The notes: generated from the sequence alone by a model not told the origin. DNA of 64,000 nt from Verrucomicrobiia bacterium (GCA_035577545.1 DATLVI010000024.1:133478-197477); one strand, 5' to 3'; shown: positions 30,442-40,892, counted from the first letter of the stretch. Made by a program: numbers and translations.

Positions 30442-30951
30442 ATGGGTATGGTTACAGTCCGACAGTACATGAACCCGAGCGAAGCGGAGTTGGACAAGAC
30501 TCTGCTCGAAGAGGCGGGGATTCCCGTCTTCCTGGCGGATGAAAATAGTATGTCGCTGGGTTACGGGGGCGTGTTGGGCGGGATACGACTGCAAGTGGAG
30601 GATGCCGATCTGGGCCGGGCGCGCCGTGTGTTGGACGAACGGGAAGGGGTGACGCCGCTCCCGGATGACTTCGTTCCACCGGAGGAACCACCGGCTATTG
30701 AGCCAACGCCGGCGCCCACATCCATTCCAGAGACCAAAGAAGAATGGATTGACACCTTTTTCTGGGGCGGCGTTGTGCTCGTGTCCGCATTTGGGATCAT
30801 CGCGCTGGTGACTCTCATAGTAGGTGGTTTCGTCTTCGCCACCCTTGGCGGCCTGGCGGTTCTCTTTTTGATCGGCGGACTGGCGGCGCTGGTAGTGCAG
30901 TGCATTTTTCCCAAACGCGGAAAGGGTGCGGGGAAGGATTCCCACAAGTAA
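30442..30951 (+). CDS. DUF2007-like N-terminal domain protein with C-terminal TM helices
   Basis: N-terminus pattern (L..A.L.EEAGIP....DE) typical of DUF2007; two TM helices. Confidence 0.45.
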   Translation: MGMVTVRQYMNPSEAELDKTLLEEAGIPVFLADENSMSLGYGGVLGGIRLQVEDADLGRARRVLDEREGVTPLPDDFVPPEEPPAIEPTPAPTSIPETKEEWIDTFFWGGVVLVSAFGIIALVTLIVGGFVFATLGGLAVLFLIGGLAALVVQCIFPKRGKGAGKDSHK

Positions 30952-30970
30952 GCCAGACGGACAGACCAAG

Positions 30971-31741
30971 ATGATGCCTTTGGGGCCAAAAGGAAAGCGG
31001 GTGAATGAGTCGTTAGAAGCCAGCGCGGCCAATAACGCGAAGGGCACTGTCTTGAAGGACCGCGACCCTCGCTCTTTCGATCATCTTGCGGAGGAATATG
31101 ACTTTGCGGCTTCACTCGAACGGAGACCTGATTTTTTCCTCAGCCATCTGCCGCAACGTCGTTGCCGCGTCCTGGATGTCGGCTGCGGAACGGGCATCCT
31201 CGCCAAGGAACTCGCACGGCATTTTCAAACAGTTGTTGCCATCGACATTTCCGAGCCGATGCTCGCAATCGCTCGCGGGAAGCGGGCTGCAGCCAACATC
31301 GAGTATCGGCGGACAGATGCGGATCAACTGGTTCTGGAGGAGAAATTCGACGCCATCGTTAGCCATACGACATTTCATCATCTGGAAGATGTGCCCCGGA
31401 CTTTGAGTGTGCTGAAAACGGCGCTCGAACCGGATGGCCGTTTGATCCTTGTTGATAACGTCGTCCGTTGGCCTTTCTTGGATCGCCATACACCGCTGCG
31501 TAACGCCTTATCCTGCCTGAGGTTTCCGCCGGATGCCTTGCGCCATGGTCTTCTCCCCGCGTGGCGGCTTTTCCGATTTCGTGTGTCGCGTTCCTGGCTC
31601 GCCCATATGGCAACGGACCGGTTCCTGTCGGCGGATGAGTTTCGTAATACATACGGTCAACTCCTGCCCGGCGCCTCGTTTACTCGGTTGAAATACTTCA
31701 TGGGTGTGGTGTGGCAGGTACCTGGGCCCAATGCTGCTTGA
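30971..31741 (+). CDS. class I SAM-dependent methyltransferase
   Basis: VLDVGCGTGILA motif I; FDAIVS; the track ORF starts at 30926. Confidence 0.65.
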   Translation: MMPLGPKGKRVNESLEASAANNAKGTVLKDRDPRSFDHLAEEYDFAASLERRPDFFLSHLPQRRCRVLDVGCGTGILAKELARHFQTVVAIDISEPMLAIARGKRAAANIEYRRTDADQLVLEEKFDAIVSHTTFHHLEDVPRTLSVLKTALEPDGRLILVDNVVRWPFLDRHTPLRNALSCLRFPPDALRHGLLPAWRLFRFRVSRSWLAHMATDRFLSADEFRNTYGQLLPGASFTRLKYFMGVVWQVPGPNAA

Positions 31742-31792
31742 CCGGGTGTTTTTGCTTGTGAGATTGGTTCTGTTGACGATCATGGTGCGAGG

Positions 31793-32230
31793 ATGAGGAT
31801 TGCCATCGCGTCGGATCATGCGGGATTTCGCTACAAGGTGCTCGTCACAGCGCATTTGCGATCCGGCGGGTACGAAGTTGACGATTTTGGGACGGACAGC
31901 GAAGCGCCGGTCGACTATCCGGATTTTATCCGTCCTGCGGCCGAAAGCGTGGCGAATGGGAAAGCCGACCTGGGAATTGTTTTGGGAGGCAGCGGGAATG
32001 GCGAGGCCATCGTAGCCAACAAAGTCAGGCGTATCCGCTGCGCTGTTTGCTGGAACGAGGAAAGTGCCCGGCTTGCCAAACAACACAATAACGCGAACGT
32101 CATCTCCTTCGGCCAGAGGATGGTCAGCGAAGCAGAAGCGATCCGCATTGTTGATGCCTGGCTGCACGCTGAATTTGAAGGCGGTCGACACCTGCGAAGA
32201 ATCGAGAAGATTGAAAGGGGCGGCACGTGA
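31793..32230 (+). CDS. rpiB: ribose-5-phosphate isomerase B
   Basis: MRIAIASDHAGF...GIVLGGSGNGEAIVANK RpiB/LacAB pattern. Confidence 0.85.
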   Translation: MRIAIASDHAGFRYKVLVTAHLRSGGYEVDDFGTDSEAPVDYPDFIRPAAESVANGKADLGIVLGGSGNGEAIVANKVRRIRCAVCWNEESARLAKQHNNANVISFGQRMVSEAEAIRIVDAWLHAEFEGGRHLRRIEKIERGGT

Positions 32231-32256
32231 ACCATTGACCGCCGGGCGCCAGTCCA

Positions 32257-32763
32257 ATGGATGACCGAAAGGCCATGAGTCACGATTCGACTGTCGAGAG
32301 TTCGGGCGTGCGCGTGTTTCCGCCGATAATCTATGCGGCGGGAATCGGGGTGGGGTATCTATTGCACTGGTGGTGGCCCTTGCGTCCGATGACGGCGGGA
32401 AGCGGGCTGATGTTGGTCGCCCGCGTCGTCGGCTGGGTGTTTATCGCAACCAGCGTCATGCTGCCGATCTGGGCGGCACGGTTGTTCCACGGGGCTGGCA
32501 CGACGCCGAATCCCATGCGACCGACGACGGCTCTGGTGTTCACGGGACCCTATCGTTTCACCCGCAACCCGATGTATCTGGGATTGGCGCTGCTCCAAGT
32601 GGGCCTGGCAATGGTGACGAATGCGCTTTGGCCGCTCGTGACGCTGGTGCCGGTGGTGGTGGCGGTACGGCGTTTGGTCATTGACCGCGAGGAACACTAC
32701 CTTGAAACGAAATTTGGCGAAGAATACCGGGCCTACAAAGCGCGTGTGCGACGCTGGCTGTGA
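32257..32763 (+). CDS. isoprenylcysteine carboxyl methyltransferase (ICMT) family membrane methyltransferase
   Basis: GPYRFTRNPMYLG and C-terminal EE..L...FGEEY motif. Confidence 0.7.
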   Translation: MDDRKAMSHDSTVESSGVRVFPPIIYAAGIGVGYLLHWWWPLRPMTAGSGLMLVARVVGWVFIATSVMLPIWAARLFHGAGTTPNPMRPTTALVFTGPYRFTRNPMYLGLALLQVGLAMVTNALWPLVTLVPVVVAVRRLVIDREEHYLETKFGEEYRAYKARVRRWL

Positions 32764-32853
32764 CGGCTCGTGGTTGATCCCGGTGATCCGCGAGAAGTAT
32801 GGCGTCCGCGACGGAGCGGGCATATACTCTCCTTCCCGGTGAGGGACGATCGA

Positions 32854-33387
32854 ATGAAGATATTTGCACTGGCATGGTTATTGGTGGCGGGAGATGTTTT
32901 GTCCGCCACAGGGGCCGACGTCAAACGGTTCGACTTGAATGGGGAGAGTACGCTGACCATTGCGGTGGCACAGGCGATTCGGGTGCAGTTTGCTCCGGCG
33001 GAGGGCGGGCAGCCCGCGCATCTGATCCTCTCCGACACGAACAAGGTCAGCGAAATGCGGATGGTGATGGCCAAGAGTGTTGTGAAGTTGTCCGACGATC
33101 AAATGAAGAGCCAACTCCTTACCGCCGGGCAACGACTTATGTCGGCGGTTGTGGAAAAAGAGATCAAAGTGCAGGCGCTGAAGGGCAGCAGTTTCACATA
33201 CTTCTATTTTGAACTGACGGACAGTCGCCCGGATCCACTGCAGGGGAGCCGGTACGTACTCCAGGGATTAGGCCGGAGTCCGGAATACATGTGTGAGTTC
33301 GTCATGCTGACAAATCGGAAGAACGGGGAGGCGAAGGACCAGATTCTGAATGCCCTCCGGTCGCTGGACATCCGTACGAAAAAATAG
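32854..33387 (+). CDS. hypothetical secreted protein
   Basis: signal peptide; no known motif; the track ORF starts at 32770. Confidence 0.35.
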   Translation: MKIFALAWLLVAGDVLSATGADVKRFDLNGESTLTIAVAQAIRVQFAPAEGGQPAHLILSDTNKVSEMRMVMAKSVVKLSDDQMKSQLLTAGQRLMSAVVEKEIKVQALKGSSFTYFYFELTDSRPDPLQGSRYVLQGLGRSPEYMCEFVMLTNRKNGEAKDQILNALRSLDIRTKK

Positions 33388-33488
33388 AGCGAGGAGCGCG
33401 CCGGGTTGTGCTAATTCGGCTTGCCTTTGGGAGGGCAAAATGGGATGAAACAACTCCATCAGTTGCCAACCCATGAAAGGAGCCGGCC

Positions 33489-33692
33489 ATGCAAGCGTCG
33501 GAAGGTAAGTGCGGTTGCCCCTGCCACAAGATGCCTGGTCTGTTTATCGTCTTGATCGGTTTGACCTTCTTGTTGGGCGCGTTGAACGTACTCAGCCCCC
33601 GGGCCGTCGAGATCATCTGGCCGATCCTAGTGATCCTCGCGGGATTGAAGAAGATGTTTAGCGGCATGTGCAAGTGTTGTAACTCGGCGTAG
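33489..33692 (+). CDS. small Cys-rich membrane protein
   Basis: CGCPCH N-terminus, 2 TM helices, C-terminal CKCC. Confidence 0.3.
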   Translation: MQASEGKCGCPCHKMPGLFIVLIGLTFLLGALNVLSPRAVEIIWPILVILAGLKKMFSGMCKCCNSA

Positions 33693-33707
33693 GCTGGAGT
33701 CGTCCTC

Positions 33708-34109
33708 GTGACCAGGGAAATCAAACATCGGGTAACGATTCGCGCCACGCCGGCCAAGGTTTACGCAGCGTTGATGGATGAGAAAAAGCACGCGCAGTTT
33801 ACGGACGCACGGGCCCGGATCGAGCGGCGGGTGGGAGGGACGTTTACGTGTTACGGCACGTACATAAACGGGATCACCCTGGAATTGCAGCCCGGCAAAC
33901 GCATTGTGCAGGCGTGGCGGTCGCGGAATTGGCCCAAGGGGATTTATACGATTGTCACGTTCAAACTCTCCAAGGCGGCCGGGGGCCGGACGACGCTACG
34001 CTTCTCGCAAATGGGTGTGCCGGCAAGTGATTACCGGGAGAAGAACAAGGGTTGGCGGACACATTATTGGGTGCCGCTGAAGCGATACCTGGAAGACCGG
34101 AAACATTAG
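33708..34109 (+). CDS. SRPBCC / AHSA1-like (activator of Hsp90 ATPase homolog) domain protein
   Basis: size and pattern (VTIRATPAKVYAALMDE...W) typical of the AHSA1/polyketide cyclase SRPBCC fold. Confidence 0.6.
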   Translation: MTREIKHRVTIRATPAKVYAALMDEKKHAQFTDARARIERRVGGTFTCYGTYINGITLELQPGKRIVQAWRSRNWPKGIYTIVTFKLSKAAGGRTTLRFSQMGVPASDYREKNKGWRTHYWVPLKRYLEDRKH

Positions 34110-34175
34110 ACGAAGGCAATCGCGCAGCATTGGATTCACAAGAGGCGTGATTCCAGCCCCTCACATCAGCTGCAG

Positions 34176-34460
34176 GTGATGATGATGAATGTCAGTTTAT
34201 TACTGTCAGCATTTTTTTCTTTGTTTCCCCTGGTCGGTTCCCTGATACTTTTGTTTCGCGACAAGAGTTGGCCGGTGGTTTTGCTTCTCGCGGGCAGTGT
34301 CCTCGGTTTTTGCGTCATGTTGTTGATTGTCGTGCAGGCCATGATCGGCGGTAGTGGCGCACCGGGTTACATTTTCATGGTCAGGTTCGGCAACCTGCCG
34401 GGCCGGCTTGTTTTTTGGATAGGATTCGTGGCTTACGCGCTCAAGCAGGAGCGCCGTTAG
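34176..34460 (+). CDS. small hydrophobic membrane protein, hypothetical
   Basis: 3 predicted TM helices. Confidence 0.3.
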   Translation: MMMMNVSLLLSAFFSLFPLVGSLILLFRDKSWPVVLLLAGSVLGFCVMLLIVVQAMIGGSGAPGYIFMVRFGNLPGRLVFWIGFVAYALKQERR

Positions 34461-34507
34461 AGCCCATCGTCTGACGGATGAGGAGTGTGAACCTCGGCCC
34501 GCCTGGT

Positions 34508-34954
34508 TTACGTCGCATCAAGCCACGCTATGAACTCATCGGCCTGGTCCCGAAACAAGACGCGAATGGCGACTCTGATTTCGTCGCGGTTTACGGATTT
34601 TCGTTTCCAGCGCTGCTTCAGCTTGCGGAGCCCGGGAAGGTCTGGCTGGCTGATGCGGTAGGACGCACTGGATTCGGCGACCCGCGACGAGCGTTTGCCC
34701 GAGAGCAATTTGCGCATTTGATCCAGCGGAATGAGCCTGGATGTAAAGACCTCGGCTGGGACTCCCAAACGGTAGGCGATTGACTCAATGCCCTTGGTGG
34801 ACGGCACGCGTTTGCCGGACGTGAAGTCGCTCACCGACCCCTGGCTGACGCCCAGCTGCTGTGCGGCTTCTGTCTGCGTCCAACTGGCAGCCGACAGCAA
34901 CATACGAAAGTTGGCAGTGAATATCTTACGAGTATCGGATTTTGATGTTGACAT
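34508..34954 (-). CDS. XRE-family helix-turn-helix transcriptional regulator
   Basis: TQTEAAQQLGVSQGSVSDFTSGKRVPS HTH_XRE core. Confidence 0.65.
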   Translation of the reverse strand: MSTSKSDTRKIFTANFRMLLSAASWTQTEAAQQLGVSQGSVSDFTSGKRVPSTKGIESIAYRLGVPAEVFTSRLIPLDQMRKLLSGKRSSRVAESSASYRISQPDLPGLRKLKQRWKRKSVNRDEIRVAIRVLFRDQADEFIAWLDAT

Positions 34955-35396
34955 ATGTATCGTTTCTCGATATCTAGTGCAGCATGCTTCTATGTTGGTA
35001 TTTGTATTGGTTCAATTTGAAGAAGACCAAAACCACGCGGCAAAGACAAGCCCGAAAATGCGGATTTGAGCTTTTTTCGCCGGATCCTGTCCCACAGCCC
35101 GACGCCCGAATCTTCGCTACACCCGATCGAGCCCCTGCCGCAACCGCTTCTGCGGAGGCCGAGGAAAACCGCCTGGCGGTGCAGCCGCGTCGGCCAGCCC
35201 AGGCCCAACCGCTCGATCAATTGCCGTCGCGCCCAATCCCGGGTGACGGCCCAGCGGCCGCGCGTGGCCTCCTACACGTCGCGGTCCCCACTTTCCGATC
35301 GACCAAAATGGAACCCAATAGCGCGCGAAAGACGCGAAGCGCGGACATCGGCATGATGAATCGTCGCATCCCGCAGTTTCGATTTCGATTCCCACG

Positions 35397-35726
35397 ATGA
35401 GCTTCACCAGCCAGCCAGTGAAAGGCTCAAAAATCCGCGCGCCATCCGCCCTTCAGCAACAGTGGTTCGTGGAAATGCTTCCCTCGCCGATCAACGGCGA
35501 AGTCCGCCTTCGTCTGCAGCGCCCATCGTCATGGGTCTGCGTCGCCGAGGCGGCCGAGCTCATGGCCTGCGGCATCCAAAAAATCCACAACCTCTGCGAC
35601 GACGGCCAACTCGAATGGCGCTGGCTCGATTACGAAGGTAGCGGCGGCAAGAAACTCGTCCTCGTTGATTCCGTCCACACCTACCTCACCAAGAAGTACC
35701 AGTCCCAACCTGCCCACCCGCGTTGA
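35397..35726 (+). CDS. excisionase-family (HTH_17/MerR-like) DNA-binding protein
   Basis: WVCVAEAAELMACGIQKIHNLCDDGQL resembles the excisionase/Xis-type HTH. Confidence 0.5.
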   Translation: MSFTSQPVKGSKIRAPSALQQQWFVEMLPSPINGEVRLRLQRPSSWVCVAEAAELMACGIQKIHNLCDDGQLEWRWLDYEGSGGKKLVLVDSVHTYLTKKYQSQPAHPR

Positions 35727-35767
35727 GGTATCAGGATTGGGAGCAACTTCCGCAGGCTTGAGCCTGT

Positions 35768-36748
35768 TTACTGAGTTTCTGGCACGGCTGTGATCGTTTC
35801 CTCCCCAGCAAATACGGTGAGTGACTCGAGGGGATAACTGCGCTCCCGCCACGCGTCGATCCCTCCCGCCAGCGGACGGACGCGGGTGATGCCGCGCTTG
35901 TAAAGCGCCAACGCCGCGCGGACGGCGCTGGCGTCATTTGGACAGGAGCAGTAGAGCACCACCTCCCGATCACGCGGGATTTCAGGGGCCCACTTCTGCA
36001 CTTCATCCAGCAACATATGCCGCGCGCCGGGAATGCGGTAGGGATCGCCCTGCGCGGCGAGGCTGGAGCGGACGTCCACGATGTATATGTCCTGTCCCGC
36101 CTCCTGCCGCTGGCGAAGCTCCTCGGCCGTGATGCGCGCCATGTGCAATTTCCGCAGGGTCCTTTGCCGGTTGATATACTTGAAGGCGATGTAGGCCACC
36201 AACAATGACGCCAACAGGATGATCGCGCCGCGGCCCAGCCGATCCAGCCACTCGGCTACTTCCTGAAGTTGGTTGCGAAAAAGAAGCCCCAGCACCAGGA
36301 AACACCCCACGTATAGCATCGCCCCAAAACCGTCGAATGCCAGGAACCGGCGGAGATTGACCCGGTACATCCCTGCCAGCGGCGGCATGACCGTACCGAG
36401 GCCGGGGATGAATTTTGCGAAAACAATACCCCGCATACCGTGCTTTACGAAAACATCCTCGGTTCGTCGGACACACGAATCCGGTTCGAGCGAAATGCGG
36501 CACAGAAGTTTGAGGATGCGGTTGCCGCGATGGCGCCCCACGTAGAACCAGATGGTATCCGCCAGCAGCGAGCCCAACGTGGCCATCAGGAGCGCCAGCA
36601 ACGGATTCATTTTGCCAACGCCCGCCAGACCTCCGGCGGCCAGCAGAAACGGCGGGGACGGCAGCGGCGCGCCCAGTTGTTCGATGAAGACGACCACGAA
36701 CAAGACCAGCAACCCATAACGCACCATGAAATCGAGGATCTCATTCAT
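35768..36748 (-). CDS. DedA-family membrane protein fused to a C-terminal rhodanese domain
   Basis: DedA/SNARE-associated core (GLGTVMPPLAG, 4-5 TM) plus rhodanese (YIVDVR...VLYCSCPNDASAVRAA, active-site Cys). Confidence 0.75.
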   Translation of the reverse strand: MNEILDFMVRYGLLVLFVVVFIEQLGAPLPSPPFLLAAGGLAGVGKMNPLLALLMATLGSLLADTIWFYVGRHRGNRILKLLCRISLEPDSCVRRTEDVFVKHGMRGIVFAKFIPGLGTVMPPLAGMYRVNLRRFLAFDGFGAMLYVGCFLVLGLLFRNQLQEVAEWLDRLGRGAIILLASLLVAYIAFKYINRQRTLRKLHMARITAEELRQRQEAGQDIYIVDVRSSLAAQGDPYRIPGARHMLLDEVQKWAPEIPRDREVVLYCSCPNDASAVRAALALYKRGITRVRPLAGGIDAWRERSYPLESLTVFAGEETITAVPETQ

Positions 36749-36936
36749 GACAAAAACGCGGAAAACTGAAGTTGCGATGCAAAATCATGAATGCCGGATT
36801 CTGTCCGAGGAAGCGGCTGAAAGCAAACTCCCACTTCCGTAAATCGTCCGGTTTTTGGCGCGTCGACCACATGGCGAAGGGGTCAACCTCGCTGACCAGC
36901 GCCATCCGACGCTCACAACCGATGACCGTCCTGCGA

Positions 36937-37218
36937 CTAGACGTGTCTCTGGTGTTTGGCCCGCTCTTCGCGCATCGCTTCCTTGCCGGCTTCGACAGCG
37001 GCCGAAATCTCCGCCTTCTTGTCTTCAAAGAAACCCCGGGCATTCTCGAGGCCGTCTCTCGCCTTACCGCCAAGATCCCTGCCCTTGGCAGCGAGCAACT
37101 TTCGAGTCTCCTCGCCGGACTGGGGGGCGTAGAGCAGGGCAATCCCGGCACCGGCGAGCGCGCCGATAGCGAACGCCGCCAAATAACCGCCTACTGGAGT
37201 TGAATTGTTTTCAGACAT
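36937..37218 (-). CDS. YtxH-domain protein
   Basis: GAL.GAGIALLYAPQSGEETRKKL YtxH signature. Confidence 0.55.
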   Translation of the reverse strand: MSENNSTPVGGYLAAFAIGALAGAGIALLYAPQSGEETRKLLAAKGRDLGGKARDGLENARGFFEDKKAEISAAVEAGKEAMREERAKHQRHV

Positions 37219-37639
37219 GATCTGCCTCCTTTTTTTCCTGGTTGTGATGATTTCGATGCAGCAAGACCTCTAGAAATGTGGTGAATCCGGCGCGGAACAG
37301 GTTCATGTTCCGCACCAACGAATGCACAGGCGGCTCAATCGCCGATCCGACCTCGTCCACAAGACGATCCGCCCGCTCGCTCCATTGGCGCACGGTGTGC
37401 GTGATCTGGCTCATATCGTCCAGTTGCTGATTGGCAAGCTTGGAAAACTGGGTCATGTGTCGCACCAATTCGCGGCTGTCCTCGACGAGGACGTGGAGCT
37501 TTTCGTGCAAGCGGTCTGATGTACCAACCAACTTCTCCACTTGTCGCCAAACTCGAAAGACAATGGGAATCAGGCAAACCATCAGGACCGTAAACGCCAC
37601 CGATGCGATAAACAACGCGACCTGTAAAGCCGTTGACAT
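37211..37639 (-). CDS. DUF948-like membrane protein
   Basis: single N-terminal TM then coiled-coil; adjacent to YtxH as commonly seen; the track ORF extends to 37705. Confidence 0.45.
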   Translation of the reverse strand: MSTALQVALFIASVAFTVLMVCLIPIVFRVWRQVEKLVGTSDRLHEKLHVLVEDSRELVRHMTQFSKLANQQLDDMSQITHTVRQWSERADRLVDEVGSAIEPPVHSLVRNMNLFRAGFTTFLEVLLHRNHHNQEKKEADHV

Positions 37640-37837
37640 TTGTGCCACCTCTTTCACCGGAATATAACCCCGGTATCTCGCACCGCAACCGATTTTTAAG
37701 GCCATCGACCGCAGAGGTCACCGGGCGTGACCCGTCGGATTATATCGTGCTGGCTTCGGCGGGGACGGGAGGGCGATCTTGTGCCCTAGCCGACTTGGCC
37801 GTAAACGATTCTGGTTGTGTTCCACCACGTTCGCCGA

Positions 37838-39001
37838 TTACGACAACGTGAAATGAAAGGTCGCGCCTTTGTCGACCTCAGCCAGCGCCCAGACACGCCC
37901 GCCGTGACGGTGGATAATGCGCTGGACGGTGGCCAGACCGACGCCCGAGCCGGGAAACTCGGTCATCCCATGCAGCCGCTGGAACGGCGCGAACAGCTTG
38001 TGCACGTACTTCATGTCGAAGCCCACACCGTCGTCACGCACAAAAAATGATGAATGTCCATTGTCGCGGTCGAAACCGACCTCGATCGTTGCATGGGGCC
38101 GCTTGGCCGTGTATTTCCAGGCGTTGCCGAGAAGGTTTTCGAGCACCACGCGCAGAAGCTGTGGGTCGCCGTTTGCCGTAAGGTTGCCGTCGATTCGCAG
38201 TTCGACGTCTCGTTGGGGATCACGCGCCCGCAACTCCACGGCAATATCGCCGGCGAGCCTGCTCAGGTCCACCGGCTCGTGACGCAATTCACTCCGTGAC
38301 ACGCGCGACAGGTTTAATAAATCGTCAATGAGTTGTCCCATGCGCTGGCTGCCGGCGCGAATGCGTTGCAACAGGTCCTTGCCTTCGTCACCGAGCTTGT
38401 CGTGGTAATCTTCCAATAACACCTGGCTGAAACCGCTGAGACCGCGTAGCGGGGCGCGCAAGTCGTGGGAAATCGAATAGCTGAAGGCCTCCAGTTCCCG
38501 GGTGGTGGTCTCGAGGTCCGTATTGTGGCGCTGTAGTTCGTCGTTGAGTTTGGTGACCTTCCTTTCGGCCTCGGCGCGTTCAGCAATTTCGCGCTTAAGT
38601 TGGTCATTGGCGGCCGCCAACTGCGCCGGGCTGGGGATCGTCAGGGCGACGGGAATCAGCTTTACGAGGAGAATGGCGGTCAGGATCGAGGCGACTGCCG
38701 TCAGCATTTTCACCGCGCCCGCCAGCCAGTACGCCGCATGCCAGATGTTCCATACCTCCATGAAATGCGTCATGCCGCACGCGAGGATGAACACCCCGAA
38801 TGCGAAAAACATCCAGTTAAACGGAATGTCGCGGCGCTTCCGGATGAAATAAACCAGCGTCAACGGGATCGTCAGGTAAGCCAATCCAATCAGCATGTCC
38901 GCGATCACGTGCAGCCAGACCAAACTGGCTGTCCACAGATAGCAATGCCCGTGCGGCATGAAGTCATTGGGGCTGAAGATCCGCTTAAAAAATTCCGCCA
39001 T
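37838..39001 (-). CDS. membrane sensor histidine kinase
   Basis: N-terminal multi-TM domain; H-box SHDLRAPLR; N-box NLLGNAWKYT; G-boxes DDGVGF and GSGVGL. Confidence 0.8.
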   Translation of the reverse strand: MAEFFKRIFSPNDFMPHGHCYLWTASLVWLHVIADMLIGLAYLTIPLTLVYFIRKRRDIPFNWMFFAFGVFILACGMTHFMEVWNIWHAAYWLAGAVKMLTAVASILTAILLVKLIPVALTIPSPAQLAAANDQLKREIAERAEAERKVTKLNDELQRHNTDLETTTRELEAFSYSISHDLRAPLRGLSGFSQVLLEDYHDKLGDEGKDLLQRIRAGSQRMGQLIDDLLNLSRVSRSELRHEPVDLSRLAGDIAVELRARDPQRDVELRIDGNLTANGDPQLLRVVLENLLGNAWKYTAKRPHATIEVGFDRDNGHSSFFVRDDGVGFDMKYVHKLFAPFQRLHGMTEFPGSGVGLATVQRIIHRHGGRVWALAEVDKGATFHFTLS

Positions 39002-39278
39002 GCGCGTTCCTTAAAGCAGGTAGGAGTCCGCACAACTGAGAATCTCGAACAATCAGGGAGAGTCGGTATCCCGGGTTGCGCGCTTGGCAGGGTAAACCCG
39101 TAGAACAGTTATGGCGTGAACCGAAAAAGCCGTGTTGCCATCCGTGCCGACGCGGCGGATGTGACGGTGAAGGTGTTCGTTCAGGAACCAGGCTCGCGTC
39201 CAAAAATGTACTGTCCAGTGATCGGTGGTCCGCGGTGTTGCAAAGGGCAGCCGTACAATCTGCACACGGATCGCGCCG

Positions 39279-39947
39279 TTACTTCGCCGCTCCCGCGAAT
39301 GCATCCTGCTTCCACTGGCCGTCCTCGATCTTACCATCGGGATACGTCATCTTTCCGACACCGTCCATCTTCCCGTCCACAAAATGGCCCGCATACTGCC
39401 GGCCATCAGGCCAGGTCATCGCCCCTGTGCCGAAAGGCAGGTCCGCTTTCCCCTCCACGATCACCCAGTCTCCCTTGTAGATCCGGCCATCGGGAAACCA
39501 AATCGTCCCCCCGCACTTCGTCCCGTCATAATTCCACGTCCCCACCTCCTTCGTACCATCGGGCAGCACACACGTCCCGCTGACCCGGTACACCACGCCG
39601 TTCCGCCATTCACCTTTCTGATAGGTCCCCCTCGAATCAGTAACCGTACCCCGGCCATTCGGCTTCCCGTCCTTCATTTCGCCCTCGAAAACCGTCCCAT
39701 CTGCCGTCACCAGGCTTCGCACCTCGTTCGTCCCCCCGATCTTCAAGCCATCCCCCGCCGTCGTCGTCCCACCCGCCAACGCCAGACCGGCCGGACCAAA
39801 AGCATCGCCACTGCCAGGCGCGCCCGCGTCCTTCGCACCCGCCGCCGCCGACTTCTGATCATTCCCCTTGCCGCAACCGCCAACCCAAAAGGCCAGCGAC
39901 ACCCCAAAAATCATCGTCAGGAAAAATGCATAACGTTTCATCATCAC
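39279..39947 (-). CDS. MORN-repeat lipoprotein
   Basis: lipobox LAFWVGGCG; repeated G.xxxG.W..G...G.G MORN-like units. Confidence 0.6.
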   Translation of the reverse strand: MMMKRYAFFLTMIFGVSLAFWVGGCGKGNDQKSAAAGAKDAGAPGSGDAFGPAGLALAGGTTTAGDGLKIGGTNEVRSLVTADGTVFEGEMKDGKPNGRGTVTDSRGTYQKGEWRNGVVYRVSGTCVLPDGTKEVGTWNYDGTKCGGTIWFPDGRIYKGDWVIVEGKADLPFGTGAMTWPDGRQYAGHFVDGKMDGVGKMTYPDGKIEDGQWKQDAFAGAAK

Positions 39948-40418
39948 CTTTCGGATAGCTTGCCGATGAACATTTGTACCACCGCCGCCAGCTTACAGCA
40001 AGTGCGGGTGGCGTCGACGACCCAACCCGGGATAAATTCCAATGCGGTTGGTAAGGGCCAGCTGGCCCACTGCGCCGTCTTCATGGAGGGCCACGCTCCG
40101 TCGTGGCCATGTCCTCCGCCGAATGGTAGGGCGGTGTGGCCTACACCGCCTGCTCGGTTCCGTCGTCCGTTTTCCGTCTTCGGTAGGGCGGTGAGCCGAG
40201 TCGGACGGAGCGGAGCCCGACGACACGCCACACGTCGTACCCCGTGGCAAACGCGACGCGCCTTCCTCTGGTGGCAATCCCACACCGCCGCTCTGTTTTG
40301 CCGTCATTGTTGCCGCTTGGTTTTAAGGTCACAAATTGTGATCTTGGAACACGGCGACGGTGAACCGTCCTCATTTCCGTTGTAGCCGCAGGCTTTAGCC
40401 TGCTTGTTCGGCTCAACT

Positions 40419-40447
40419 CTTGTCACGAGTGGAGAGCTGACCCGACG
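40419..40447. repeat. direct repeat copy 1 (TGTCaCGAGTGGaGAGcTGACCCGACGAC)
   Basis: ~29 bp with 3 mismatches to copy 2 at 40893-40921; together they flank the AT-rich RHH cassette. Confidence 0.6.
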
Positions 40448-40571
40448 ACGGAAATCCGCCATCGGATTCCCGATCTTGGTTGTTGTTTTTTTGTCGTTGG
40501 TAGGACGAGTTGGCCCACGCAAAGCCATTAGGTGATATGGACTAGAGTCTGTTGCCCCTATGGGGACACGG

Positions 40572-40660
40572 ACCAACTACTAAATGAAAACTAAAATATA
40601 CTAAATTAGTAGTTGACCTTGAGTGAAAACTAATTTAGTATTAATTAGTATTAAATTAGT
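40572..40660. promoter_or_regulatory. AT-rich operator-like region with a repeated near-palindrome TACTAAATTAGTA / ACTAATTTAGTA / TTAATTAGTA
   Basis: four TAGTA/TACTA half-site pairs in a <90 bp AT-rich stretch immediately upstream of the RHH gene's SD (AGGAG) and ATG. Confidence 0.5.
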
Positions 40661-40670
40661 AGGAGACCAC

Positions 40671-40805
40671 ATGGTCATACGAAAGCCACAGATACACAAG
40701 CAAGAACTGCTGAACATGGAAAAGCGTAGCAAGACCATGGTGTTCCGCGGGCCTCCCGATTTGGCATCCAAGCTTCGCAAACTCGGACAAGGAAAATCAA
40801 AGTAA
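40671..40805 (+). CDS. small ribbon-helix-helix (CopG-like) putative repressor/antitoxin
   Basis: strong SD (AGGAG at 40661-65); KTMVFRGPPDLASKLRKL fits the RHH beta-strand/helix start; the track ORF from GTG 40623 reads through the operators. Confidence 0.4.
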   Translation: MVIRKPQIHKQELLNMEKRSKTMVFRGPPDLASKLRKLGQGKSK

Positions 40806-40892
40806 GATCACTGGAGCCGTCTCCCCACAGAGCACACTTGCGAGCACAGTTTCCAAGCCTCGGTAGCTTGAAGACCAGCTTACCGCCTCACG

